Below, piece after piece: positions 20,452 through 29,817 of a DNA stretch of 64,000 bases. Position numbers and translations under genes: made by a program. Source of the stretch: an uncultured Candidatus Rokubacteria bacterium. GTDB lineage: Bacteria > Methylomirabilota > Methylomirabilia > Rokubacteriales > CSP1-6. The DNA lies in NCBI GenBank assembly GCA_963789955.1, contig CAWBMV010000015.1:128001-192000 (forward strand), in the 5' to 3' direction. Each line of letters starts with the position of its first letter. Position 1 is the first letter of the stretch. Under the pieces are notes generated by a model that was not told where the DNA came from, ran no database searches, and saw nothing but the letters and a program-made list of their open reading frames with translations.

Positions 20452-21354
20452 ATGAAGAGCGCGCGAGTGTGGATTCTTTCGATGAGCCTTGCGGCGATCG
20501 TGATGACGCCGCTGCCGGGACAGGCCCAGACTCTCGGCGAGCCGATCGCTCTGTCCCTTGGCGACGGGGGAGCCGAGGTCCCCGCGCCGTTGGAGCGCTG
20601 GGAGTTCACCATCGGTGGCCGTGTCGGCGCTCCGGTCGGCCACCTTCAGGTCGGAGAGTTTCACGGCGGCCAGGGCACTGCCGGAGCCGCGCCGGGCACC
20701 CGCCTGAGCCTGAACACGCTCGGCATCCACGTCTCCGAGGCGGTCGAGGCCAGCGTCGCGTTTCATTTCACCGAGAACGACGCCGTGCGCTTCAGCGGCC
20801 TCTACTATTTCCTGCGCGGCGACAGCACGCCCACCCAGTCAGTGGTCTACAACGGCGAGGAGTTCAAACCCGGGCCCCTTCACACCAACGCGGACTTCGC
20901 GCGTCTCGATCTCGCCTATGAGCGCAGGTTGTGGCGCTCGCCCGCCGATGATCTCATCGGCAGCATCGGCCTCGCCTACGTCTATTTCAATCCGACACTG
21001 ACCGGCCACGGTCACAGCAACAGCGAGGATTTCTACCTCCAGGAGCTGCCGGTTCCGATCGCGGGACTGCGCTGGAGTCACGTGCTGGGCGATCACTGGC
21101 TGTTGCGGCTCGGCGCCTCGGGCGGCGGTCTGCCCAAGGTCGACAGCGGGCGCAAGGAGGGCGGGACCGTCTTTCTGCAGCAGGCCCAGGCGGACGCCGA
21201 CGCCGGACTCGTGTACCGCTGGCGCGGAGGGGCCGAGCTCGAGATCGGCTACCACTTCACGTACTTCTTCCAGCACGAGAAGAGCCAGGAGGACATCAAC
21301 GACTTCGAGCTCATCGACAACGGCCTGCGCGTGCGCTTCAGCATGAGATTCTAG
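20452..21354 (+). CDS. Putative outer-membrane beta-barrel protein
   Basis: AGGAGG at 20441; signal peptide ending GQA; alternating hydrophobic strands; C-terminal beta-signal LRVRFSMRF. Confidence 0.75.
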   Translation: MKSARVWILSMSLAAIVMTPLPGQAQTLGEPIALSLGDGGAEVPAPLERWEFTIGGRVGAPVGHLQVGEFHGGQGTAGAAPGTRLSLNTLGIHVSEAVEASVAFHFTENDAVRFSGLYYFLRGDSTPTQSVVYNGEEFKPGPLHTNADFARLDLAYERRLWRSPADDLIGSIGLAYVYFNPTLTGHGHSNSEDFYLQELPVPIAGLRWSHVLGDHWLLRLGASGGGLPKVDSGRKEGGTVFLQQAQADADAGLVYRWRGGAELEIGYHFTYFFQHEKSQEDINDFELIDNGLRVRFSMRF

Positions 21355-21406
21355 TTCCCAAGATGTCGCATCGTGGAATAATTCGCCTGTAACGAAGGAG
21401 ACCCTC

Positions 21407-22394
21407 ATGAATGGAGAGCTCGGGCGCCGGGGTTTCGTCAAGACCGCACTGGCCGCGGCCGGGCTGCCGGTGGTCTCCACGCTCACGTCGGCCATCGCCC
21501 ATTCGAAGGACCTGGCAGGAGGACCCGCCATGAAGACCGCGTACGATCCCGCGGCAAAGTTCGATCTCAAGGTGACCGAGGTCGAGTTCCGGCGCGCCGT
21601 CAGCGGGCGAATGCTGATGGCGCGCGTCTACCAGCCGCAGGGCGTCGGTCCGTTCCCGACCGTTACTCGATCTGCACGGCGGCGCCTGGAACAACAAGGA
21701 CCGCAGCGCCAACGAGCCGATGGACCGCGCGGTGGCCGCCAGCGGCGTGCTCGTGGTCGCGGTCGACCTGACGCTCGCGCCGGAGGGCCCGTACCCCGCG
21801 TCCGTCCAGGACGGCAACTACGGCGTCCGCTGGCTCAAATCGAAGGCCGCCGAGTGGAACGGCGAGGCGGCGAATCTCGGCGTGCTCGGAAGCTCGAGCG
21901 GCGGGCACGTCGCCGAGCTCCTCGGCGTGCGTCCGCGCGACGCGCGCTACAACGCGATCCCGCTGTCGGGCGGCGCCAAGGTCGACGCGACGGTGGCGTA
22001 CGTCGCGACGCGCTCGCCGATCAGCGACACGGTCGCGCGCTATCAGCAAGCCGAGAAGATGAAGCGCGAGTCGATGATCAACAACAACAAGACGTACTTC
22101 CGGCCGTGGGAGACGATCGTCGAGAGCAATCCGCAGGGGATCCTCGACCGCCGCGAGGCGGTGACCTTGCCGCCGCTGCTGATCATGCAGGGCGCCCTCG
22201 ACGATAACGTGCTGCCGGCCGTCCAGGAGAAGTTCGCCGCGTCCTATCGCGCGGCCGGCGGCGAGTGCGAGCTGCACGTGTTCGAGGGATGCGAGCACGA
22301 GTGGGTCGCGAAGCCCGGACCGCAGACCGATCGCGCCCACGAGATGGTCAAGGCGTTCATCGCGCGGAATCTCGCGGCGCGGCGCGCGTCGTAG
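21407..22394 (+). CDS. Alpha/beta hydrolase (HSL-like esterase) with Tat signal; frameshift near 21665
   Basis: LGRRGFVK; DLHGGAW in the downstream frame; GSSSGGH nucleophile elbow; QGALDD and EGCEH acid/His. Confidence 0.85.
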
Positions 22395-22442
22395 GCGCTC
22401 GCGCGCGACCGAGGGGCTGGGCGCAAGGTCTACGATGAACCC

Positions 22443-23576
22443 GTGAGCCTCCCGTTCAGCTCGCCGATCGAGCCCATGCTGTCCAGCGCCGCCGACGGCC
22501 TGCCCGGCGGCGACGGCTGGCAGTTCGAGCCCAAGTGGGACGGCTTTCGCACGCTCGTGTTCCGCGACGGCGACGAGATCCTGCTGCAGAGCCGCGACGA
22601 GAAGCCGATGAACCGCTACTTCCCCGAGCTCGTCGCGCCGCTCGCCGCGCGCGCTGCCCGAGCGCTGCGTCGTCGACGGCGAGATCGTCATCGTCGGCGC
22701 CGGCGGGCTCGACTTCGAGGCGCTGCTCCTGCGCATCCATCCCGCCGCGTCGCGGGTGAAGCTGCTGGCCGCGCAGATCGCCGGCCTCGTTCGTCGCCTG
22801 GGACCTGCTCGCGCTCGGCGACGAGGACCTGCGCGAGCGTGCCGCTCGCCGAGCGGCGCGAGCGGCTCGAGCGGGTGCTCGCCGACGCCGCGCCGCCGGT
22901 GCACCTCTCGCCGGCCACGCGCGACCGCGCGCTCGCCGAGGACTGGTTCCACCGCTTCGAGGGCGCCGGGCTCGACGGCGTGATGGCCAAGCGTCTCGAC
23001 GAGCCGTACCGCGCCGGCGAGCGCACGATGATCAAGGTCAAGCACGCGCGCACCGCCGACTGCGTGGTCGCCGGCTTCCGCTGGCACAAGAACGGCGCCG
23101 GGCACGATGGTCGGCTCGCTGCTGCTCGGCCTCTACGACGACGAGGGCACGCTGCACCACGTCGGCGTCACCGCGGCGTTCACGCAACGCGGTGCGCAAG
23201 CAGCTCGTCGACCGAGCTGGCGCCGCTGCGCGAGAGCGCGCTCGAGGGCCATCCCTGGCGCGACTGGGCCGAGGCGCAGGACGGAGGCGAGCGCGACGGG
23301 GCAGCGCCTGCCCGGCGCGACGCAGCCGCTGGAATCGCGGCAAGGACCTGAGCTGGGAGCCGCTGCGGCCCGAGCGCGTCTGCGAGGTCGCGTACGACCA
23401 CATGCAGGGGACGCGCTTCCGCCACGCCGCGCAGTTCGTGCGCTGGCGCCCCGACAAGCGCGCCGCGCGACTGCCGCTACGACCAGCTCGAGGTCACGCC
23501 CGCCTACGAGCTGGAGCGCGTCTTCGGCGCGCGCGACGCCCGGCGCTCCGGATCGAAACCGCGCCAGGGATCGTAG
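22443..23576 (+). CDS. ligC: ATP-dependent DNA ligase, LigC type; several frameshifts
   Basis: EPKWDGFR adenylation motif, GLDGVMAK, KVKHARTADCVVAGFRWHK, GSLLLGLYD, WEPLRPERVCEVAYDH spread over three frames. Confidence 0.85.
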
Positions 23577-24864
23577 TCGGGATCGGGCGGCTCCTCGGCC
23601 GGGCGCTCGGCCTCGGGGACGTGGCGCAGGTTGACGCGGATGCGCGTCCACGTGGTCGAGCGGCCGCGCATCGAGTCGACGAGGACGTCGTCGACCTGCG
23701 AGCAGCGCCGCGGCCTCGGGATGTCGCGCCTTCCAGCGCTCGAGGCCGGCGAGCGCGTCCTCCTTGTGCTCCGCCTTCGCGACCGTGATGAGCGGCTGCG
23801 TCGACCGGCGGCGGCCGCTTCCAGCGCTCGGCGCGCTCGATGTCTCCGCGGCGCTCGCGCCCTTCCGCCGCGACGGCACGACGCGCGGCGGCTCGTCGTC
23901 GCTGCTTCTTGTAGTGCGGCGGCCACGGCGCGTCGCCGAGGCCGGCGGCTTCCTGCGCGGCGGACAGCTCGAGCAGCCGGTCGAGCGATCCCGCGGCCTC
24001 GTCGATGCCGGCCGACGCGTCGCCGCGCTCGGCGAAGCGCGCCGGCGCCGTGACCAGCGTGAACGCCGCCGGATCGCAGCCGGCGACCTCGTCCCACTCG
24101 AGCGGCATCGACACGCGCGCGTCCGGCGTCGGCCGCACCGACCAGGCCGACGCCACGGTGCGGTCCTTGGCGTTCTGGTTGTAGTCGAGGAAGACGCCGT
24201 GGCGCTCCTCCTTCCACCACTTGCTGGTCGCGAGCTCGGGCGCGCGCCGCTCCACCTCGCGCGCGAGCGCCAGCGCCGCGCGGCGCACCTGGTCGAAGCT
24301 CCAGCGCGCGCTCGATGCGCACGTTGACGTGCATGCCGCGCGAGCCCGACGTCTTCGGCCAGCCGCGCAGCCGTGCTCGTCGAGCACGTCGCGCACGACC
24401 AGCGCCACGCGCCGCACGTCGTCCCAGCTCACGCCCGGGCCCGGGTCGAGATCGACGCGCAGCTCGTCGGGATGCTCGAGGTCGTCGGCGCGCACCGGGT
24501 GCGGATTCAGGTCGATGCAGCCCGAGGTTGACGATCCACAGGAGCTGCGCGGCGTCGCGCACGACGATCTCGCGCGCCGTGCGGCCCGAGGGAAAGCTGC
24601 AGCTCCACGGTCTCGATCCACTCGGGGTGCTGCTCGGGCGCGCGCTTCTGGAAGAACGGCTCGCCCTCGGCGCCGTTCACGTAGCGCTTGAGCACGATCG
24701 GCCGGCCCGCGATGCCGCGCAGCGCGCCCTCGGCGACCGCGACGTAGTACTTCGCCAGGTCGAGCTTGGTGTGGCCGGCCTGCGGGAAAGAAGACCTTGT
24801 CCGGGTTGGTGATCGTCACCTCGCGCCCGGCGACTTCGAGCACGGTCTGGGACACTTTCGCCAC
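23504..24864 (-). CDS. LigD-type primase-polymerase (AEP, Prim-PolC-like); several frameshifts
   Basis: ITNPDKVFFP, FFQKRAP, PDELRVDLDP, KTSGSRGMH, WWKEERHGVFLDYNQN, VRPTPDARVS. Confidence 0.85.
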
Positions 24865-24888
24865 ACAGACAGTGTTGTCAATTCGCAT

Positions 24889-24951
24889 CCGGCGCGCAAG
24901 GCGGTGAGAGACCGCCGGCCGGGGTCCGCCCCGGGATGCGCGCCGGCTTTT
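24889..24951. other. GC-rich three-way-junction palindrome followed by TTTT
   Basis: CCGGCGCGCA/TGCGCGCCGG closing stem enclosing GGCGGT/ACCGCC and CCGGGG/CCCCGG hairpins. Confidence 0.55.
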
Positions 24952-25061
24952 CTGGGCGTAGTGTCGATTTGAGATCTGCCCGTTCGACTCTCTAACGAGA
25001 CACAGCTGGAAGCAGGACCCAGAGCCCAACACCACCGCACATATAGGAAGGAGTCACGACG

Positions 25062-25967
25062 ATGCCATCGACGACGCAAATCCAGCCGTATCTGTTCTTC
25101 GAAGGCCGCTGCCAGGAAGCCCTCGAGTTCTACCGTCGAGCGCTCGGCGCCGAGGTGACCGCGCTCATGCGCTACAAGGAAAGTCCTGATCCCGGGATGG
25201 TCCAGCCGGGCTCCGAGGACAAGGTGATGCACGCGAGCTTCCGGGTCGGCGAAACCACCGTGCTGGCTTCCGACGGCCGTTGCGGGGGGCACCCGACCTT
25301 CCAGGGCTTCGCGCTCTCGCTGACGGTGGCGAACGAATCCGAGGCCGACCGGCTCTTCGGCGCCCTGGTCGACGGCGGGCAGGTGATCATGCCGCTGACC
25401 ACCACGTTCTTTTCGCCGCGCTTCGGCATGACCACCGACCGCTTCGGCGTGAGCTGGATGGTCTACGTGACGCCTCAGGACGCTGCGAAAGGAGGCAAGG
25501 GCGAAGCGCTCGCCAAGCAGCTCGAGGCAAAGGCCGCCGAAGCCGTGGCGACCCTGGAGCGGCTCAGCGACGCGGACTGGAAGAAAGTGACGGAGGGTGA
25601 GAAATGGACGGTGGCCGCGACCGCGCACCACTACGCCAGCGTGCTCGAGCCGGTCTGCGGCATGATCGAGACGGTCGCGAGCGGCCGATCCCCCGAGCCC
25701 TTCAATGCTGCCATGATCGACGACATGAACGCCCGGCACGCACGCGACTACGCCGGGTGCACCAAGGCCGAGACGATCGAGCTGCTGCGCAAAGGCATGA
25801 CGGCCGCCACGGCGACCATCCGGCGCTTGAGCGACGCACAGCTCGCGAAGAGCGCGAAGGTCATGTCGACCATGCCGCCGATGAGCGTGGAGCAGCTCGT
25901 CACCGCGGCGTTGCTCGGTCACATGGACCAGCACTTCGGCAGCATTCGCAAGGCGGTCGGCCGATGA
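25062..25967 (+). CDS. PhnB/VOC (glyoxalase-like) domain fused to a DinB-like helical domain
   Basis: IQPYLFFEGRCQEALEFY, KVMHA, FGMTTDRFGVSWMV; then WTVAATAHH and HMDQH; AAGGAG SD. Confidence 0.8.
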   Translation: MPSTTQIQPYLFFEGRCQEALEFYRRALGAEVTALMRYKESPDPGMVQPGSEDKVMHASFRVGETTVLASDGRCGGHPTFQGFALSLTVANESEADRLFGALVDGGQVIMPLTTTFFSPRFGMTTDRFGVSWMVYVTPQDAAKGGKGEALAKQLEAKAAEAVATLERLSDADWKKVTEGEKWTVAATAHHYASVLEPVCGMIETVASGRSPEPFNAAMIDDMNARHARDYAGCTKAETIELLRKGMTAATATIRRLSDAQLAKSAKVMSTMPPMSVEQLVTAALLGHMDQHFGSIRKAVGR

Positions 25968-26074
25968 GGTGAGCCTCCGAACGCTTTTGGCCGTTGACAC
26001 GCTCCGACGTAGGCCCTAGTTTCGGTGCCGCCCAGTTGCGCCGTAGTGGACCGCGCTTGCGCCGGAGACGTGGA

Positions 26075-26852
26075 ATGAGAGCTCTCTTCATCGTGGCGTT
26101 CTTGATGACTTCGCTCCTGATGACGCGCGTCGGTCGACGCGCAGGAGGTGCTGACGAATCAGTCCGTCGTCGAGATGGTCAAGGCCGGACTGTCCGAGCG
26201 CGTCATCATCGCCAAGATCCGGAACAGCCCGACGAAGTTCGACACCCAGACGGACGCGCTGATCGCGCTCAAGAAGAACGGAGTGCCCGAGAAGGTCATC
26301 GAGGCGATCATGTCACCGTCGGCGCCGGCCGCTGCCGCCGCGCCGCCGGCGTCGAGTGCTCCGGCCGGGAGCGTGGCGATGGCGCCGCCGCCCGCCGCGG
26401 GCCCGGCGCGACCGACGGTCTATCAGATCGTCGGAGGCAAAGAGGTCGAGCTGGTGGCGGCCGGCACCGAGGTTCAGCGGAACAACGCGCGGTATTCTCG
26501 GTCGACCGAGGTCGTGATCGCGGGCAACAAGGCCAAGGTCCGCACGGCGGAGCGGCAGCCGGTGTTCGTGCTCACGACGCCACCCAGCGAGATGCCGCTC
26601 GTCAAGCTCGACCCCGGCAAAAATGATCGCAATCTGAAGGTCGGCAGCGGATCGCACGTGCCCTACGGCGGCTCGACGTCGACTCGGGGCATCCGCGGGG
26701 AAGACATGATCGAGGTCGACGCCGAGCGGGACAGTCGCGGCTTCTACCGGGTCAAGCCGCGGGCGCCGCTCGCGCCCGGCGAGTACGGGTTCGTCGCGAC
26801 GCGCGGCGGCAGTCCGATGGGCAGCAGCATCTACGACTTCGGCGTCGACTGA
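26075..26852 (+). CDS. Exported hypothetical protein; frameshift near 26125-26145
   Basis: Signal-like MRALFIVAFL; helical LTNQSVVEMVKAGLSERVIIAKI module, Pro/Ala linker, C-terminal LAPGEYGF..IYDFGVD. Confidence 0.65.
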
Positions 26853-26868
26853 GGCCGTGCGCGGCCGC

Positions 26869-27375
26869 TCACGCGAACGGACGCCCGTACCGCTCGAGAT
26901 GCGCGACGTCTCGGAGCGGCTTGCGCTGCTTCTTGCCCCGTCCCACCGCGCGCGCCGGATAGCCGAACGGTAGGATTGCGAGCACGTCGAGCCCGGCCGG
27001 GATCTCGAGCAGGCTCTTGACCTGCTCGAGCCCGCCGAAGCCCACCCAGTTCGATCCCACGCCGTCGCCCCAGGCGGTCAGCAGCATCGACTGGATCGCG
27101 CGGCTCGCGTCCGAGACCGCGAAGCGCGTCTTGTCAGTGGCGACGACGACCGCGAGGGGAGCCTGGGCGACGTACGAGCCGCTCGAGGCCAGCGCTCCGA
27201 GCCGCCGCAAGGTCTCACCCTCGCGAACCACGATGAAATGCCAGGGCTGTCGGTTCATCCCGCTGCCGGTGAGGCGGCCCGCCTCGACGATTCGGCGGAC
27301 GACCGCGTCGGGTATCGGCTTGTCCTGATAGCTGCGGACGGCCAGCAGGGTGCGGATGGCGTCGAAGACGTCCAT
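26869..27375 (-). CDS. Nitroreductase family protein
   Basis: VRSYQDKPIP, SGMNRQPWHFIVV, GVGSNW, LPFGYP. Confidence 0.9.
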   Translation of the reverse strand: MDVFDAIRTLLAVRSYQDKPIPDAVVRRIVEAGRLTGSGMNRQPWHFIVVREGETLRRLGALASSGSYVAQAPLAVVVATDKTRFAVSDASRAIQSMLLTAWGDGVGSNWVGFGGLEQVKSLLEIPAGLDVLAILPFGYPARAVGRGKKQRKPLRDVAHLERYGRPFA

Positions 27376-27526
27376 CGCTCGGTCGGCGCCGCCTTCACGA
27401 TCGGCCATTTCGGTGACCTCCCACGGTGACCTTTTCCATCAGTCTGCGCCCAGTGTGCGCTCGAGCCAGGATTTCCCCATCCGGAAACTCGGCGATCCCC
27501 GTCCGCCAGACGAAGAAAACGCGCAG

Positions 27527-27532
27527 TATAAT
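27527..27532 (+). promoter_or_regulatory. Consensus -10 box TATAAT upstream of the LLM gene
   Basis: Exact TATAAT about 40 nt before ATG 27574; GGAGG SD follows. Confidence 0.45.
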
Positions 27533-27573
27533 CGGGCGGCTGCCGAGACGCTCGGGATGCACGGAGGACGCGT

Positions 27574-28656
27574 ATGCACGTCGGTCTGGTCATGGAGTGC
27601 GACTACCGCGAGGGCAGGACGCAGGAAGAAGCGTTTGCGGAGGCGATGTCGATCGCCGAGATCGCGGAGACGCAAGGGCTCGACGGCGTCTGGCTGGCCG
27701 AGCGCCACTTCGCGATGCACCGCCGACCGACGGACCCGATGGGCGCCGGGATCCCGTCGATCGCCTCGGTGCCGCTGGTGCTCGGCGCGGCCATCGCCGC
27801 GCGCACGAGCCGCGTGCGGATCGGGACCGGCGTCAGCGTCCTTCCGCTCTGCCATCCGATCCGCACGGCCGAGGAAGCGGCCACCGTCGATCAGATCAGC
27901 AAGGGCCGTCTCGACTTCGGCGTCGGACGGAGCGGGTTTCCCCGCGCGTACTCGGGCTACGGCGTGCGCTACGACGAGAGCCGCGAGCGCTTCCAGGAAT
28001 CGCTCGACATGATTCTCAAGGCGTGGACCCAGGAAGGCTTCTCGCACGCCGGCAAGTACTTCTCGGCCGACAATCTGACCGTCGTCCCGCGGCCCTATCA
28101 GAAGCCGCACCCGCCGATCTGGGTGGCGGCGACGACCCCCGACACGTTCCCGATGGTCGGTCACATGGGCTTCTCGCTCGTCACCGGGCTCCGCGGCTTC
28201 GACGTGCCCGAGGCCGTCGGGCATCTCCGGGCCTATCGCACCGCGCGGCGCGAAGGCGGCCACGCCGGCGACGGCAACGTGTACCTGCGCATTCCCGTGT
28301 ACGTCGCGGCCACCGGCGCGCGGGCGCACGCGGAGGCGGAAGAGAGCACGATGCGCTCCTACCGCCGCCTCGCCGAGAACTTTGCCTCGTCGGTCGGGGC
28401 GACCGGCACGACGGGCTCCGAGGAGCGGGCGGAGCGCGCCGAGCGTCTGTCCAGCCTGACGTACGACGACGTGCTGCGCGACCGGGTCGCGTACGGCACC
28501 TCGGACATGGTCGTCGACCGGCTGCGTGAGCTGCGCGACCAGCTCGGCCTGGCCGGCGTCATCATCGAGTCGAACGTCGGCGGACGTATTCCGCTCGATC
28601 GCGTGCTCAACTCCATTCGTCTCTACGCGGAGGAAGTCGCTCCGCGCCTGCGCTGA
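27574..28656 (+). CDS. Luciferase-like (LLM class) flavin-dependent oxidoreductase
   Basis: VWLAERHF, HPIRTAEEAATVDQISKGRLDFGVGR, PRPYQKPHPPIW. Confidence 0.92.
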   Translation: MHVGLVMECDYREGRTQEEAFAEAMSIAEIAETQGLDGVWLAERHFAMHRRPTDPMGAGIPSIASVPLVLGAAIAARTSRVRIGTGVSVLPLCHPIRTAEEAATVDQISKGRLDFGVGRSGFPRAYSGYGVRYDESRERFQESLDMILKAWTQEGFSHAGKYFSADNLTVVPRPYQKPHPPIWVAATTPDTFPMVGHMGFSLVTGLRGFDVPEAVGHLRAYRTARREGGHAGDGNVYLRIPVYVAATGARAHAEAEESTMRSYRRLAENFASSVGATGTTGSEERAERAERLSSLTYDDVLRDRVAYGTSDMVVDRLRELRDQLGLAGVIIESNVGGRIPLDRVLNSIRLYAEEVAPRLR

Positions 28657-28692
28657 ACGCTCGGACCGGCGAAAGCCGTTGAGGAGAGCGCC

Positions 28693-29729
28693 ATGACGAC
28701 GAGTCGCAAATCCTACGTGTACGTCGGGCTGGCGGGCGAAACCGCTCCGGGTCGCCCCGTCAAATCTGGGCTCTATCGCATGGCCGCCGGCGACGATCAC
28801 TGGGAGCTCGCGACCCGCGGGCTGCCCGCCGCGCCCGCCATCCGCGCGATCGCCACGCACCCCGAGCATCCCGATACCGTCTACGTCGGAACGCAGGACG
28901 GTCCGTATCGGAGCGACGATCACGGTGATCACTGGGAGAAGCTCGACGTCCCGGATCACGGCCTGCCCGTCTGGTCGCTGGCGTTCGATCCGCGAAATTC
29001 ACAGGTCTGTACGCGGGGTACGAGAACTGTGAGATCTACCGGAGCGACGACGGCGGCCTGCGCTGGCGGCAGCTCCCGGTCACCGTGCGCTTCCCCGAGG
29101 TGACGGTGGCCGCCGGCTCCAACCCGGCCAAGCGCGTGCTCGAGCTCGCCGCGAATCCGGCGAATCCCGACGAGCTCTACGGCGCCATCGAAGTCGGCGG
29201 CGTCATCCGCAGCCTCGACGGCGGCGAGCACTGGGACAACATGAGCCACGGGCAGTACCTGAACGACGACACGGTGGACATGCACGGCGTGCTGGTCGGA
29301 CGCTGGCGCCCCGGCCAGGTGTTCGCGATCGGCCGCGCCGGCCTGTTCAGCAGCGCCGACCGCGGCGAGCACTGGGCCAGCGCGCGGCTCGAGGCGCTGA
29401 ATCCCAACGGCCAGACCTATTGCCGCGATATCCGCGAGGCTCCCGGCGATTCGAAGACCATCTGGGTGGCCGGGGGAGCGAATTTCCAGAGCGAAGTCGG
29501 CGCCCTGTTCCGCAGCAAGGACGGCGGTACCAGCTGGACGAAGGTCGACATGGGCGTGAAACCGAAGACCACGATGTTCACGCTCGCGTTCGACGCGCGC
29601 CAGCCCAAGCGCATGTACTGCGCGACCAGCGGCGGCGAGGTGTTCGGCAGCGAGGACGGCGGCCAGAACTGGGCGACGCGTCCATTGCCCGAGGGCGCTA
29701 CGCAGGTCTACGCCATGGGTTGCGCGTAG
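28693..29729 (+). CDS. BNR/Asp-box beta-propeller protein; frameshift near 29010
   Basis: Repeated S-x-D-x-G-x-x-W boxes (SDDHGDHW, SLDGGEHW, SKDGGTSW, SEDGGQNW). Confidence 0.85.
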
Positions 29730-29817
29730 GGTGCGACCCGGCGTGATCGGAAGCAGGTAGCAGCGACCCCGCCCAGGCGAGCGGACGCGCTCGCCGGACA
29801 CGATAGAATCCAGAGCC

